Source: Planctomycetota bacterium
GTDB lineage: Bacteria; Planctomycetota; UBA8108; SXIK01
Assembly: GCA_965223845.1 (NCBI GenBank)
Contig: CBDCXR010000004.1
Span: forward strand, 5,760,001-5,824,000
DNA: 64,000 nucleotides
Reading direction: 5' to 3'
Of this stretch, positions 17,741 to 31,039 are shown in pieces. Under the pieces are notes generated by a model. That model did no database searches and had not been told where the DNA came from. It was given only the letters and a program-made list of their open reading frames with translations. The stretch's first letter is position 1; each line of letters opens with the position of its first letter. The position numbers were made by a program, and so were the translations under genes.

Positions 17741-18423
17741 TCCGGCTCCCGTCCGTCGTACTGGGACAAAAACGAAACCACGTTCTCGGAGATGAACTCC
17801 GAGCTCTTCCGCAGATTCTCCTCGACGGCGTCGAGCGCGTTCGGCTGAACCATCGCTTTGAATGTCCCCGAATTCTCGATATAGAGCGCGCTCGCGTCGT
17901 GCACGTACGACTCGATCCGGACGTCGAAGTGCTCCGGTTGACCGCTCGCGCTCGGGAAGAGTAGGCGAAACCCGAAGAAGCTCGCCGGACGCCCGAGCGG
18001 CTCGAGCTGACCGGGCGCGAGACGAAAGATCCGATGCGCGAGAAACTCCGAGGAAGTCTTGTAGCTGTTCGGAACCGAAATCGCACGCACCTTGTACTGC
18101 TGAACGAGGAGAAGCGGAATCCCGAGCCCCGAGAGAGTCACGCCCAACGCGGCGCGCATCTTTCGCCCGAACTGATCGACGGTGACGCCGGTGTGATTGT
18201 CGAGGAACTGCACGCGGTCGCGGAGGATCGTGACGTTGCTCGTGCCCTTTCCTTCGCTCGAGGTCTCCTCGATGCGCGCGCCGCCCTGAACGCGGGTGAA
18301 GTTCTCGTAGCCGCAGAGCCGGCAGAGCTTTGAGTAGACCTCGCGCAGCTTCTCCGCGTCGTGAGTCATCGGTACGTGGACGAAGTCGGCACTCAGGCTG
18401 ATCGTCCGCGGTTCACTGAGCAC
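17737..18423 (-). CDS. hypothetical protein (possibly TIGR04255-like alpha/beta fold)
   Basis: Protein-like composition, GGAG upstream, stop overlaps the next start; family assignment is tentative. Confidence 0.75.
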   Translation of the reverse strand: MLSEPRTISLSADFVHVPMTHDAEKLREVYSKLCRLCGYENFTRVQGGARIEETSSEGKGTSNVTILRDRVQFLDNHTGVTVDQFGRKMRAALGVTLSGLGIPLLLVQQYKVRAISVPNSYKTSSEFLAHRIFRLAPGQLEPLGRPASFFGFRLLFPSASGQPEHFDVRIESYVHDASALYIENSGTFKAMVQPNALDAVEENLRKSSEFISENVVSFLSQYDGREPE

Positions 18424-18600
18424 GTCTTATCTCCCGAATGAGCGGCGATCCCTCGACAACGAAGCTCGGCGACCCGCCCGAGGGGCATTCGGATGCTCGA
18501 GCCCTACCAGGAAGAGCTTCGCTCGAAGCTCGCGAGAAGCGAAAGAAGACGGAGGTGAGACGATGCGATGCAGCGAACGCTCGCGGGATACACTCAGCGA

Positions 18601-20658
18601 TCAATCGAGAATCAATCCCCAGTCCCGCAATTCGTCCTGATAGCCGCGGCAGGCGCGCTCATTCTTGATCCCCCGCACCGACAGAACGGTCGAATTGAGT
18701 CTTTCGAACGGGATCTCTTTCCGTTCGAGGAATTCGGCGAGACGATCGCCGGACTCCTCGCTTTGCGCGCGGAGAAGAAGGGCCTTTTGTCGCCGGACGA
18801 ACTCGACGCCGTCCATCCATTCACGGAGCGCGAATTTGACATTCGACGGAATCGTTCCGAACGCACTTTGCTCGAGGAAATCGACGATCTCGAGGCGCTT
18901 CGCACCGGCGACGATCGCCCGCTTCACGCTTTCGCGCGTGATGCGGTAGCGCTTGATGTAGTCGGAGTCTAGGCGATCGGCAAACTGACTGACGCGCCAG
19001 CTCCACTCCTCGGGCGCTTCGGGGTAAATCAGAATCTCGAAATCGGGGTTGAGGAGCATCAACGGTCCTGATCCGACGCGCGATGGGCCGTCGGCGCCGA
19101 CGAAGTTCCGCCCTAGCCGCGAGAGGCGCATCGTCGCGAACACGCCGCCTCGATACCCGATATCGATGACGCCGAGGAGCGCGACGCGATGGAGCACCCA
19201 GTAGGAGAGCTGACGGTGGAGATCGGGGAGGGAAACGACGAGTCGGCGATGCCCGACGTCGTCCTTCCGGAGACGATCGTAGGTCGCGCGGACGCCCGTC
19301 GCATCGAGCTCATTCAGATAGCGGGCGACCACCGCGTCGAGAAACGGCCGGACGAGGAGCCAACCGCAGTCGCCCCGGTCGCGCAGCTCTTCGAGGAAAA
19401 GCTCTCGCAGCCGATCTTGGTGGAAGCTCCACTGTCGGCCGCGCTCTTCGCGACAGTAAACTTCGAAGATGCGGTCGACTTTCTTTCCGAGCGCGAGTCG
19501 GCGCCAAGCTTTCACGCGAAGCGCATCGATCGTCACGTTCTGACCGTCGACTTCGAACCAGCGAAGACGCTGGGCGACCGAGAAGAGATGTTGAATGAGC
19601 GACCCGTCGATCAGCTCGGAGTGCTGAGCGAGAACGAACGAGCTGCGGAGCTTTTCGTCGACCTTCTTATAGATCCGGCCATCGCGGGTGAGGTAGGTCT
19701 TCTCTCGCTTCAGCAGCTCGGGAAGGCGCTCGAGGTCGATGATGAGGTCGGCACCGAGCGAGATCTCGCGGTCGTTCGCTTCCGTACCCTCCGCATCTTC
19801 GCTCGCTGCGGCTCGCGCCATGCGCGCGCGGTACACCTCGCCCTGATCGAGCACGATCGCCTGCTCTTCGGTGTCGACGCCGTAGGCCTTGAGAGAGAGT
19901 ACACCCGTCGTGCCCGCACCAACCGCCTCGAGCGCGTCCCGCCATTCGTCGCGATCGATCGCGGTCTCGTCGTCGTCGCTCGAAAGCGAACCGGCCTCGA
20001 GCTCGTTCGGTGCGTCCTCCTCGCTCGCCGCGCTGAGCAGGCGCTCGACATGCCTCGAGAGCGTCAGGATCCCGCCTTCCTCCTCGAGCGCAGTACGGGC
20101 GAGCGAGCGAAGATCGGGATCGGAAATGGCATCGAGGCGCTCGAGGAGCGATGCGGAATCGGAGCCGACGAGCGCAGATCCACCATTTAGTGCGAGAATC
20201 TCGGCCGGCGAGCGCGCGTCGAGCTGCAGCGTGCAGCGAAGCGCAACGCCGAGCTCCTCGGGGATCGTAAACTCGACTCCCGTCGCCTCGGGAGAACGTC
20301 CGCGCTGCGCGATGTAGCCGGATTCCTGAAGCGTGCGAAGGATCGTCTCGACTTCGTAGTCTTCGATCGTTCGGCCGTGCTCCTTCCCGCGAATCTCGTC
20401 GACCGTTCCGGTGAAGGAATCGCCGCTGAGTAGGAGTGCGCTCAGAAACGCCTTCTGTGAACGATTGAGACTGTCGAAGCGATCGCGCACGGTTCGGTAG
20501 TTCGTCATCGCCTCGACGAGATCTTCGCGCAGACGATCCTTCGAGCTCAGCAGTGCGCGGCCGGGAAACCAGTGGAGATACAGGCCTTGGAGCTGCGCCT
20601 TCGGCAACTCATCGAGTACCGTTTGGAGGGGAATAGAAGGCATGGAGTTCTCGAACAT
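18601..20658 (-). CDS. helicase-associated domain protein (XPB partner, Helicase_C_3-like C-terminus)
   Basis: C-terminal LNPDFEIL...FAD...YRITRESVKRAI...EIVDFLEQ...IPSNVKFALREW resembles the XPB N-terminal domain next door; no Walker motifs. Confidence 0.8.
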   Translation of the reverse strand: MFENSMPSIPLQTVLDELPKAQLQGLYLHWFPGRALLSSKDRLREDLVEAMTNYRTVRDRFDSLNRSQKAFLSALLLSGDSFTGTVDEIRGKEHGRTIEDYEVETILRTLQESGYIAQRGRSPEATGVEFTIPEELGVALRCTLQLDARSPAEILALNGGSALVGSDSASLLERLDAISDPDLRSLARTALEEEGGILTLSRHVERLLSAASEEDAPNELEAGSLSSDDDETAIDRDEWRDALEAVGAGTTGVLSLKAYGVDTEEQAIVLDQGEVYRARMARAAASEDAEGTEANDREISLGADLIIDLERLPELLKREKTYLTRDGRIYKKVDEKLRSSFVLAQHSELIDGSLIQHLFSVAQRLRWFEVDGQNVTIDALRVKAWRRLALGKKVDRIFEVYCREERGRQWSFHQDRLRELFLEELRDRGDCGWLLVRPFLDAVVARYLNELDATGVRATYDRLRKDDVGHRRLVVSLPDLHRQLSYWVLHRVALLGVIDIGYRGGVFATMRLSRLGRNFVGADGPSRVGSGPLMLLNPDFEILIYPEAPEEWSWRVSQFADRLDSDYIKRYRITRESVKRAIVAGAKRLEIVDFLEQSAFGTIPSNVKFALREWMDGVEFVRRQKALLLRAQSEESGDRLAEFLERKEIPFERLNSTVLSVRGIKNERACRGYQDELRDWGLILD

Positions 20659-20714
20659 CCTCGCTCCGAATCCGCCACTGGCGGCGCGCGGCGCTCGAGG
20701 CGCGTGCGACTCAT

Positions 20715-22649
20715 CTACGGAGCTCTCTTCGCTGCTTGCTGGACGAACGCACCGTAGCGAACTTCGGCGCGCATCCGTTCGTCGACGGCCGACCCCGCGG
20801 CGACACTGTCGTCGGCGACGCGCGGCGTGATCGCCACCCGGGACGGCCGCGATCCGTTTGTCGCGGCGGCGGAATCGCCGGCGCAAGGGCGCGGATCGGA
20901 AGTGGAGCGACGCGATTCACGTTCTTCGATCGCGTATCGGTAACCTTGCTCCGTCAAAAAACGTTGTCGCTTCTCGGCGAACTCCTGCTCGGAAGTTCCC
21001 TGAGTGACGACCGAATAGAACACGGCGCCCTTGCCGCCGGCCTTCGGACGAAGGATGCGGCCGAGGCGCTGCGCCTCCTCTTGTCGCGACCCGAACGTTC
21101 CCGACACTTGAATCGCGACCGTCGCGTCGGGAAGATCGACCGCGAAGTTGCCCACCTTGCTCACGATCAACACGGGAAGATCGCCGTCACGGAACTCCGC
21201 GTACAACTCTTCGCGCTGACCCGTCGCGGTTCTGCCGGTGATGAGCGGAGCCCCGATCTCGCGCTGGATGCGCTTGAGCTGGTCGATGTACTGACCGATG
21301 ATGAGCACGCGCTCACCGGGGTGGCGCTCGATCAGCTCGCGCACGACCCCGAGCTTCGCCTGATTCTCCGACGCGAGACGGAACAAGCGGCGTCGATCGA
21401 GCTCGGAGCTCGCCGCGTCCACCCCATCGGCGAATGGCACGCGGATCTCGACGCAGCTCGCCGTCGCGATCCACCCGCCGCTCTCGAGGGAGCGCCAGGG
21501 AACACCGTACTTCCGCGGCCCGATGAGGCTGAAGACCTCCGCTTCGCGTCCGTCCTCGCGCACGAGCGTCGCGGTAAGACCGAGCCGACGCGTAGCCTGG
21601 ATCTGCGCGGTAAACCGAAACACCGGAGCCGGGAGGAGATGCACCTCGTCGTAGACGATGATCCCCCACTGCCTCGCCGTGAAGAGTCGGTAGTGAAGGA
21701 AGTCCTTCGTGTGGCGATCGCGGTAGGTGAGCATCTGATACGTGGTGAGCGTGATCGGGCGGATCTCTTTCTGATCTCCGCTGTACTCTCCGATCTCCTC
21801 GGGCGAGAGTCGCGTCTTGTCGAGGAGCTCTCGCTTCCACTGCCGGAGCGCGGTCGTGTTCGTCGTCAAGATCAGGGCCTGCGCACCGACCCGTTCGAGA
21901 ACACCGATCGCGACCACGGTCTTCCCCGCCCCGCACGGAAGGGTGACGACACCGCTTCCGCCCGTCACTCGACCGCCATCGTAGAATGCGTCGATCGCCG
22001 CGCGCTGATACGGCCGGAGCGCGAAGGGTTCACCCGTGCTCCCGTGCGCGTCTCGGAGGTCGATGGCGAGCGTGGCTCCGTCCTGGTAGCCCGCGAGATC
22101 CTCGACGGGAAATCCGCGCTTGATGAGCGCGATCTTGAGCGAGCCGCGACACTCCGGTCGGATGGGAACGAGGATGGGCTGCTCCTCACCGGAGTCGAGC
22201 TCGCGCGCCTCCTCGCTCGATGACGTTCCCGGCGCATCGGAGCGGCCTTCGACTTCGAGACACTCGAGAACGCTCGTCGTCTCTCGAATCTCGTCCCAGA
22301 TCGAGGGCTTGTCGATGCGAAGACACACTCTGCCGCCGCTCGAGACAAGCTGGACACAGCCGTAGCGCGAGACGAAATCGACGATCTCGTCGCGCACGCT
22401 CGCGGGAACGGGATACTTCGCTGATTCGCTCAGGAACGCGAGGATGGCATCGCTCGACATCCCGGTCGCCGCAGCGTTCCACAGGGAGAGCTTCGTGATG
22501 CGATAGATGTGGACGTAGTGAGGGCTTTTCTCCAGCTCGGCGAATCGCACGAGCTGATCCGACGCTTCCCGAAAGTCCGGGTGATGAACCTCGAGGTAGA
22601 TCGAGCGATCCCCTTGGACGACCAAAGGGCGGGAAGCATTCGTCGGCAT
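20715..22649 (-). CDS. XPB/Ssl2/Rad25 family DNA helicase
   Basis: PLVVQGDRSIYLEV, FAELEKSP, LPCGAGKT, YDEVH, GLTATLVRED, QEEAQRLGRILRPK. Confidence 0.93.
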   Translation of the reverse strand: MPTNASRPLVVQGDRSIYLEVHHPDFREASDQLVRFAELEKSPHYVHIYRITKLSLWNAAATGMSSDAILAFLSESAKYPVPASVRDEIVDFVSRYGCVQLVSSGGRVCLRIDKPSIWDEIRETTSVLECLEVEGRSDAPGTSSSEEARELDSGEEQPILVPIRPECRGSLKIALIKRGFPVEDLAGYQDGATLAIDLRDAHGSTGEPFALRPYQRAAIDAFYDGGRVTGGSGVVTLPCGAGKTVVAIGVLERVGAQALILTTNTTALRQWKRELLDKTRLSPEEIGEYSGDQKEIRPITLTTYQMLTYRDRHTKDFLHYRLFTARQWGIIVYDEVHLLPAPVFRFTAQIQATRRLGLTATLVREDGREAEVFSLIGPRKYGVPWRSLESGGWIATASCVEIRVPFADGVDAASSELDRRRLFRLASENQAKLGVVRELIERHPGERVLIIGQYIDQLKRIQREIGAPLITGRTATGQREELYAEFRDGDLPVLIVSKVGNFAVDLPDATVAIQVSGTFGSRQEEAQRLGRILRPKAGGKGAVFYSVVTQGTSEQEFAEKRQRFLTEQGYRYAIEERESRRSTSDPRPCAGDSAAATNGSRPSRVAITPRVADDSVAAGSAVDERMRAEVRYGAFVQQAAKRAP

Positions 22650-23045
22650 AGAAGACCCCAATCGACCCAGGTCTCTCCCGCCAGGAAGGTCTGGTGCCGC
22701 ACTTCGCCGACAGATCGCCCCTCGCGTGCCGACGCCGGTTCCTTCGAACTCGGACACACGGATCTACCCGTCGTGCAGCGATCTTCGCTTCGACCCCGCC
22801 GCGCGGTGCACGGCGGATAGGGAAGATCGCAGTCCCTCCAATCCCTGGCGGAGACGCACTAGTGTACCGATTCGGTGGTCGTTCGGGCACCCTCTTTGAA
22901 CGATGTCGCGGCAAGAGTCCGCGCGCGCCGAAGAGATTCTTTTCTTGACCTCTTCGGAACGCGATGTTCTCGCCCGACCGACGCGGCGCGCGCGCGAGCA
23001 CACACGGAAGCAGTGGCGAACTCGACGACGAGGCGAGTCGATGCT

Positions 23046-25694
23046 CTACGACTTTGCTTCGTCGTCCGCTCCGTCTTCGCCGGCCGACTCGCCGTGCTCG
23101 TCGACGTTTTCGACCGGGTCATCGTCGGCCGACTCGACCGAGCCGGCGTCCGCTTCAGCGATTTCCGCGGACTCCGTCGCGTCCGGATCCGAAGCGCCGA
23201 CGGCGTCCGCCTCATCTTCGTCCCGAGCGACGGCCTCGACTCCGATCAGCTCGTCTCCCTCGCGCACGTTCATGACCTTGACGCCCTGCGTCGCCCGGCC
23301 GATCGTGCGGATGCTCGCGACGTCGGTCCGGATGAGGATCCCACCGCGCGTGATGAGCACGACATCTTCGTCCCCCGTCACCGCCTTGAGCGCGACGACA
23401 GGCCCGTTTCGCTCCGAGACCTTGATATTGATGAGCCCGCTCCCGTTCCGCTTTTGGAGACGGTAGTCATCGACGCTCGTCCTCTTCCCGTAACCGCGGG
23501 CGCAAACCGTGAGGAGAGTGATCCCCTCCGTTTCAGCCGCGAGCACGACCATGTCGACGACCTGGTCGTCACCGCGAAGATTGATGCCGCCGACGCCGGC
23601 CGCCGCGCGCCCCATCGGCCGAACGTCGGCGTTCCGGAACCGGATCGCCGCGCCGTTCCGCGTCCCGAGAACGAGCTCGTCCTCGGGTCGACAGACGGCC
23701 GCGCCGATGAGCTCGTCCTCGTCGCGGATCTTGATCGCGATGATGCCGGTCCGCTTCGGGCGCGAATAGGCCTCGAGGGGCGTCTTCTTGACGGTGCCCA
23801 TACGCGTGGCCATGACGACGAAGCGTTCCTCGTCAAACTCCTTTACGCAAACCTGCTGACTGACGACCTCCCCCGGTTGAAGCTGAACGAGATTGACCAT
23901 CGCCCGCCCGCGCGAAGTGCGAGCGAGATTCGGCAGCTCGTAGACCTTTCGCCAGTAGACGCGTCCGCGATTCGTGAAAAAGAGAATCGTGTCGTGCGTA
24001 GAAGCGACGAAGAGATCCTTGATAAAGTCGCCCTCCTTCGCCGTCGAGGCGGTGATGCCCCGGCCGCCGCGCCCCTGGCTCCGGTAGACCGATAGCGCCG
24101 TTCGCTTCACGTAGCCGGCGTTCGAGATGGTGACGACGACGTCCTCCTCGCTGATGAGGTCGGCGTAGTCGATGTCCTCGACGTCATCGATGATCTCGGT
24201 GCGCCGCTCATCGCCGTAGCGCTCGCGGATCTCCGCGAGATCTTCGAGGATGATCTGAAGGACGAGATTCTCGTCGGCGAGGATCGCCCGGAAGCGCGCG
24301 ATCTTCTCCCGAAGCTCCTCCATTTCGTCGACGAGCTTTTGCCGCTCCAGCCCGGTGAGGCGCTGGAGGCGCATGTTCAGGATTTCGCGTGCCTGAATCT
24401 CGGTGAAATCGAAGCGAGACATGAGACCCGAGTGGGCCTCTTCCACCGTCTTCGATCCCCGGATGAGCGCGATGATCTCGTCGATGTGATCGAGCGCCTT
24501 GAGAAGGCCCTCGACGATGTGAGCGCGTTCTTCCGCTCGCCGGAGCTGATATCGAGTGCGGCGCCGGATCACCTCGATCCGGTGCTTCTTGTACTCGTTC
24601 AGCATGTCCTTGAGCGTGAGCGTCTCGGGACGGCCGTTGACGAGCGCGATGTTGATGATGCTGTAGGTCGTTTGGAGAGAGGTGTGCTTGAAGAGCTGAT
24701 TGACGACGACCTCGGGATCGGCGTCCACCTTGAGCTCGACGACGAGCCTCACTCGCTTGTCACTCTCGTCACGCACGTCCGAAATCCCCGCGATGTACCC
24801 TTCGCGGATTCCGTGCGAGATCTTCTCGATGATGTTGACCTTGTTTTCCTGGTAAGGAAGCTCGGTGAAAACGATCGAGTCCTTCCGCTTGCCCTCCTCG
24901 ACGTGGTACTTCGACCGGACGGTAATGTGTCCGCGACCGGTGCGGTAGGCGCGGAGGATGCCGCCGCGTCCGCAGATCTGTGCCGCCGTCGGGAAGTCGG
25001 GCCCGGGGATGTGGGCCATCAGCTCCTCGATGGTGATCTCGGGGTTCTCGATGAGCGCCTTGAGGCCGTCACAGACTTCGCCGACGTTGTGCGGAGGAAT
25101 GCGCGTCGCGAGGCCGACGGCGATTCCGGTGGAACCGTTGCAGAGAAGGTTCGGGAATCGCGCCGGGAGGATCGTCGGCTCGTCCATTCGATCATCGAAT
25201 GTGCGTGCCGTATCGACCGTCTCCATGTCGATGTCTTGGAGGAGGTCGACGGTCGGCGCTAGCATGCGCGCTTCGGTGTATCGCATCGCCGCGGGGGGAT
25301 CGCCATCGACCGACCCGAAGTTCCCCTGTCCGTCGACGAGCATGTAGCGAGTGCTGAACGACTGCGCCATGCGAACGAGAGTCGGATAGATCGCCTGGTC
25401 GCCGTGCGGGTGGTAGTTGCCCATACACTCGCCGACGATCTTTGCGCACTTCATGTACTTCGCGCGCGGCGAGAGGTTGAGGTCGTTCATCGCCACGAGG
25501 ATGCGGCGCTGCGAGGGCTTCAGGCCGTCGCGGACGTCCGGGAGCGCCCGTGAGACGATGACGCTCATCGCGTACGTCAGGTACGACTCCTTCAGCTCGT
25601 CTTCGATGTCGTGATCGACGATGCGCTCGTTCGAGAACACATCGCTCGAGTCGCGACCCTCAGGGTCTTGATCGGTCCGATCATCATCGGCCAT
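23046..25694 (-). CDS. gyrA: DNA gyrase subunit A
   Basis: [33 protein letters not shown], GyrA-box QGRGGRG, beta-pinwheel repeats, acidic tail. Confidence 0.98.
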   Translation of the reverse strand: MADDDRTDQDPEGRDSSDVFSNERIVDHDIEDELKESYLTYAMSVIVSRALPDVRDGLKPSQRRILVAMNDLNLSPRAKYMKCAKIVGECMGNYHPHGDQAIYPTLVRMAQSFSTRYMLVDGQGNFGSVDGDPPAAMRYTEARMLAPTVDLLQDIDMETVDTARTFDDRMDEPTILPARFPNLLCNGSTGIAVGLATRIPPHNVGEVCDGLKALIENPEITIEELMAHIPGPDFPTAAQICGRGGILRAYRTGRGHITVRSKYHVEEGKRKDSIVFTELPYQENKVNIIEKISHGIREGYIAGISDVRDESDKRVRLVVELKVDADPEVVVNQLFKHTSLQTTYSIINIALVNGRPETLTLKDMLNEYKKHRIEVIRRRTRYQLRRAEERAHIVEGLLKALDHIDEIIALIRGSKTVEEAHSGLMSRFDFTEIQAREILNMRLQRLTGLERQKLVDEMEELREKIARFRAILADENLVLQIILEDLAEIRERYGDERRTEIIDDVEDIDYADLISEEDVVVTISNAGYVKRTALSVYRSQGRGGRGITASTAKEGDFIKDLFVASTHDTILFFTNRGRVYWRKVYELPNLARTSRGRAMVNLVQLQPGEVVSQQVCVKEFDEERFVVMATRMGTVKKTPLEAYSRPKRTGIIAIKIRDEDELIGAAVCRPEDELVLGTRNGAAIRFRNADVRPMGRAAAGVGGINLRGDDQVVDMVVLAAETEGITLLTVCARGYGKRTSVDDYRLQKRNGSGLINIKVSERNGPVVALKAVTGDEDVVLITRGGILIRTDVASIRTIGRATQGVKVMNVREGDELIGVEAVARDEDEADAVGASDPDATESAEIAEADAGSVESADDDPVENVDEHGESAGEDGADDEAKS

Positions 25695-25814
25695 AACTGG
25701 ATTTCCTTGCCTTCTGCTCGGGCCCGGGTGCGCATTTCATCGGCGGGTCCGCTCTCTCGAATCGGAATCTCGAACGAGAGCAAGGGAACGACCGCTCGGC
25801 GACTCGGGCGCCGC

Positions 25815-28382
<2,568 letters not shown>

Positions 28383-28503
28383 TCACCGCCCCCGAGGAAG
28401 TGGTTCTCGATCGTTCCAAGCGTCCTCGTCGCTGAGTTTCTGTTGTCCTTCCACCGCCGCGGTGCGCGCGCTCTGCCGTGGTCGATCTGGGTGCATCCAC
28501 GGG

Positions 28504-28950
28504 TTAGAACGACCCCGACCGGAAGCGAATCGACCGAACGCCGCCGAACTCACCGGAGGCCTGGACGGAGGCGAGAATCTCCTCGGCGAAGTACGTGGAA
28601 AGCTCCCCGAGAAGCGCCGGAGACGAGACCTCCACCAAGAGCTCCCCGCGTTTCAGATCGACGATGCGTGACTTTTCTGCGATGCGAGCTCCGACGATGT
28701 CGGGCCACTTCGCGTAGAGACTCGCCGTGTCGACTCGCTTCTTGACGTCGGCTCGCTTCAACCAACCGTCGAGGAGAGATTCGATCGACTCGAACCCGCG
28801 CGCCGACGGCTTCGAACTCGTCGGCTTGGCTCCGCTCGCTCGCGACGCAGCGATCGATGGAGCTCGTCCGCGCGCGCGGCTCCGGGCGTCTCGCTCGTTC
28901 TTTCGCTCGGTCAACGACCCAACTCCCCGCTTACTGTTTCGCCGGTCCAT
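28504..28950 (-). CDS. DUF721/DciA family protein
   Basis: KWPDIVGARIAEKSR...GELLVEVSSPALLGEL...IRF motif; position between dnaN and gyrB. Confidence 0.85.
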   Translation of the reverse strand: MDRRNSKRGVGSLTERKNERDARSRARGRAPSIAASRASGAKPTSSKPSARGFESIESLLDGWLKRADVKKRVDTASLYAKWPDIVGARIAEKSRIVDLKRGELLVEVSSPALLGELSTYFAEEILASVQASGEFGGVRSIRFRSGSF

Positions 28951-30055
28951 CGTTCACGAGCGGCATGATGAGATGTCGATAGCTCCGCCGACCTCTGAGC
29001 GTTCCCGGCTTACTCCCGCCGCCGAATTCGAAGCGAAGCTCGTCCTCGGGGACGCAGCGGAGAGCATCGAGGAAGTAGTTCGGGTTAAAGCGAATCTCGA
29101 CCGCTTCTTCGCCTTGCGCCTCCACCGGCACTTCGATGTTCGATTCACCGATGTTCGACGCCTTCGTCTGCAGCCGCAGGATCGAGTCTTCAAAACGGAA
29201 GGAAATCGTCGAAGTTTCCTTGTCCGTCATGAGACTCGCCGCCTTGACCGCCGCGAGAAGGTCCGCGCGCTTCGCCATGACCTTTAGATTGGACTGCTGG
29301 TCCATGATCCAGCGGTAATCGGGAAACTTGCCCTGGATCAGCTTTGCGCTGAGATGCCCGCGACCGAAGCCGACCTGCACCTCGTTCTCGCTGAGCGAGA
29401 GATCGAACCGAGGTGTTCCCTGCGCGACGACCTTGAGGATCGTATCGACCGCACGGTTCGGGACGATCGCGGCGACCGGCTCCCCTTCACCCTCGACGAT
29501 GCGCACCCGGTCGTTCGTGAGGCGCTTTCCGTCCGTCGCCGTGAGGATCAACTGGTCCTCCTCGAACTCGAACAGCACTCCTGTGAGCTGGTAGCGAGCC
29601 GGATCGTGTGAGCTGGCGACCGCAACGCGACGCAGCGATTCGATGAACTCGTCGCGGTCGATCGATCGCGCTCCCTCGCCGGAAAAGCTCGAGAGTCGAG
29701 GAAACTCTGCCGGATCGTCTCCGAGGACGCGAAGCTCGAAGCCGTCGGTCTGCACCGTGAGACCCCGGCCGCCCTCGAGTCCGTCGAGCTGAACCTCGCG
29801 ATCGGGAAGCTCTCGCACGAGCGATGCAAACCGCGCCGCCGGCGCCGTGACTTCGCCCGGCTCGGAGACTTCCGCCCGCTCGATCGTGAGCCGAGATCCC
29901 ATATCGAGATCCATCGCTTCGACGTGGAGCTGATCGTTCTCGGCGGTGAGATGGAAATTGAGGAGGATCGGCTTCGGCGTCTGCGCGGCGGGAATGATCC
30001 CCGAAAGCGCACCGAGCGCCTCGCTCAACTCGGAGCGGTCACAGCGAACCTTCAT
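28931..30055 (-). CDS. dnaN: DNA polymerase III beta sliding clamp
   Basis: 374 aa; KPIL, ATDGKRL, LIQGKFPDY, FNPNYFLDAL, LIMPL. Confidence 0.96.
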   Translation of the reverse strand: MKVRCDRSELSEALGALSGIIPAAQTPKPILLNFHLTAENDQLHVEAMDLDMGSRLTIERAEVSEPGEVTAPAARFASLVRELPDREVQLDGLEGGRGLTVQTDGFELRVLGDDPAEFPRLSSFSGEGARSIDRDEFIESLRRVAVASSHDPARYQLTGVLFEFEEDQLILTATDGKRLTNDRVRIVEGEGEPVAAIVPNRAVDTILKVVAQGTPRFDLSLSENEVQVGFGRGHLSAKLIQGKFPDYRWIMDQQSNLKVMAKRADLLAAVKAASLMTDKETSTISFRFEDSILRLQTKASNIGESNIEVPVEAQGEEAVEIRFNPNYFLDALRCVPEDELRFEFGGGSKPGTLRGRRSYRHLIMPLVNDGPAKQ

Positions 30056-30334
30056 TGGAACTCAACTTTCTGTAGCCTTCGTTTCTCGGGGTCGAACCCG
30101 ACCGGGGAGGAACACTCCCGGCGCGACCGGCCTGAAACTGCACGTCTTGACGTGGCTTCGACTTCCCAGACGGGATCCCGGGGATAAAGAAAACTCGACG
30201 GCGGGAGGGTGGAATGACGAGGAGGATCGCCCCTTCCAACGCTGCCTCGCCCCCACTGGTTCTTCTTCGACGTCGAGCCAACAACCCGACGCGATCTCGC
30301 CGGTACTCGACTCGAAGCACGATGGGGCGGGCTC

Positions 30335-30811
30335 CTATCCCGTCGATTGTTCGTTGTGACGATTGTCCCCCGGATCCTTGCGCTCTCCGTCGAACTGGCT
30401 GCCGGTGTAAGCGGGAAACTCTCGCCGAAGCGCGAACGCCGCGACACCGGCGCAGGCAGCGAGAACGAAAACGCCGCCGAAACTCACGCTCGGTTCACCG
30501 AGAGCTCCGCCGTCGTCACTCGGCACCGTCCAGTGAACCTTCCCCGCGAGGTACGTGAGCGAGTGCGAAAACACCAAGACCACGAGACCCGCCTTCACGT
30601 CCGAACGAAGACCGCAGCACCGAAATCCGACAACGCTCGCCAGCAGCGCTATCCACAGGAAAAGAATGGGGCCGAACCAGCTCTCGAGAAGATCTCCGGA
30701 GATCAGCGTCGAGTGCGTCGCAATGAGAACAAACGAACCCGCGAGCGCGAAGCCGACGGAGAACGAACGCGCCTCGCGTGAATCGGCCTGCTGCGTCGCT
30801 CTCACGCCCAT
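30335..30811 (-). CDS. small hypothetical membrane protein (about four TM helices)
   Basis: Four hydrophobic segments in a 158 aa ORF; no recognised family. Confidence 0.5.
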   Translation of the reverse strand: MGVRATQQADSREARSFSVGFALAGSFVLIATHSTLISGDLLESWFGPILFLWIALLASVVGFRCCGLRSDVKAGLVVLVFSHSLTYLAGKVHWTVPSDDGGALGEPSVSFGGVFVLAACAGVAAFALRREFPAYTGSQFDGERKDPGDNRHNEQSTG

Positions 30812-30942
30812 CGGGAAAAACTTGTAAACCGTTTTAATATCTAAGGATAGAGAAACCCAACCGGGCGTCTGAACGCACGAGTTTCAGAGACAAAAAGGAT
30901 TATAGTTGAGCGGCACTAAAAATCAACCAAAATGACCCAATG

Positions 30943-30967
30943 TAAGACATTGTAGTTAAATGACTTA
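30943..30967. repeat. 9-7-9 imperfect palindrome
   Basis: TAAGACATT-gtagtta-AATGACTTA (8 of 9 arm positions pair). Confidence 0.8.
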
Positions 30968-31006
30968 TGACGGTTTTCTCCCGGTGGCGCGCGGTCCACG
31001 AACAGA

Positions 31007-31039
31007 GACGTAACTACTTTCAAATTAGAAGGTTACGTC
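31007..31039. repeat. palindrome with the same TAA...TTA 25 bp core
   Basis: GACGTAAC-tactttcaaattagaag-GTTACGTC, perfect 8 bp outer arms. Confidence 0.8.

Noticed and set aside
23046-23225. Long acidic tail of GyrA and TOPRIM insertion of GyrB as novelties
   Set aside because: Both are known features of many bacterial gyrases.
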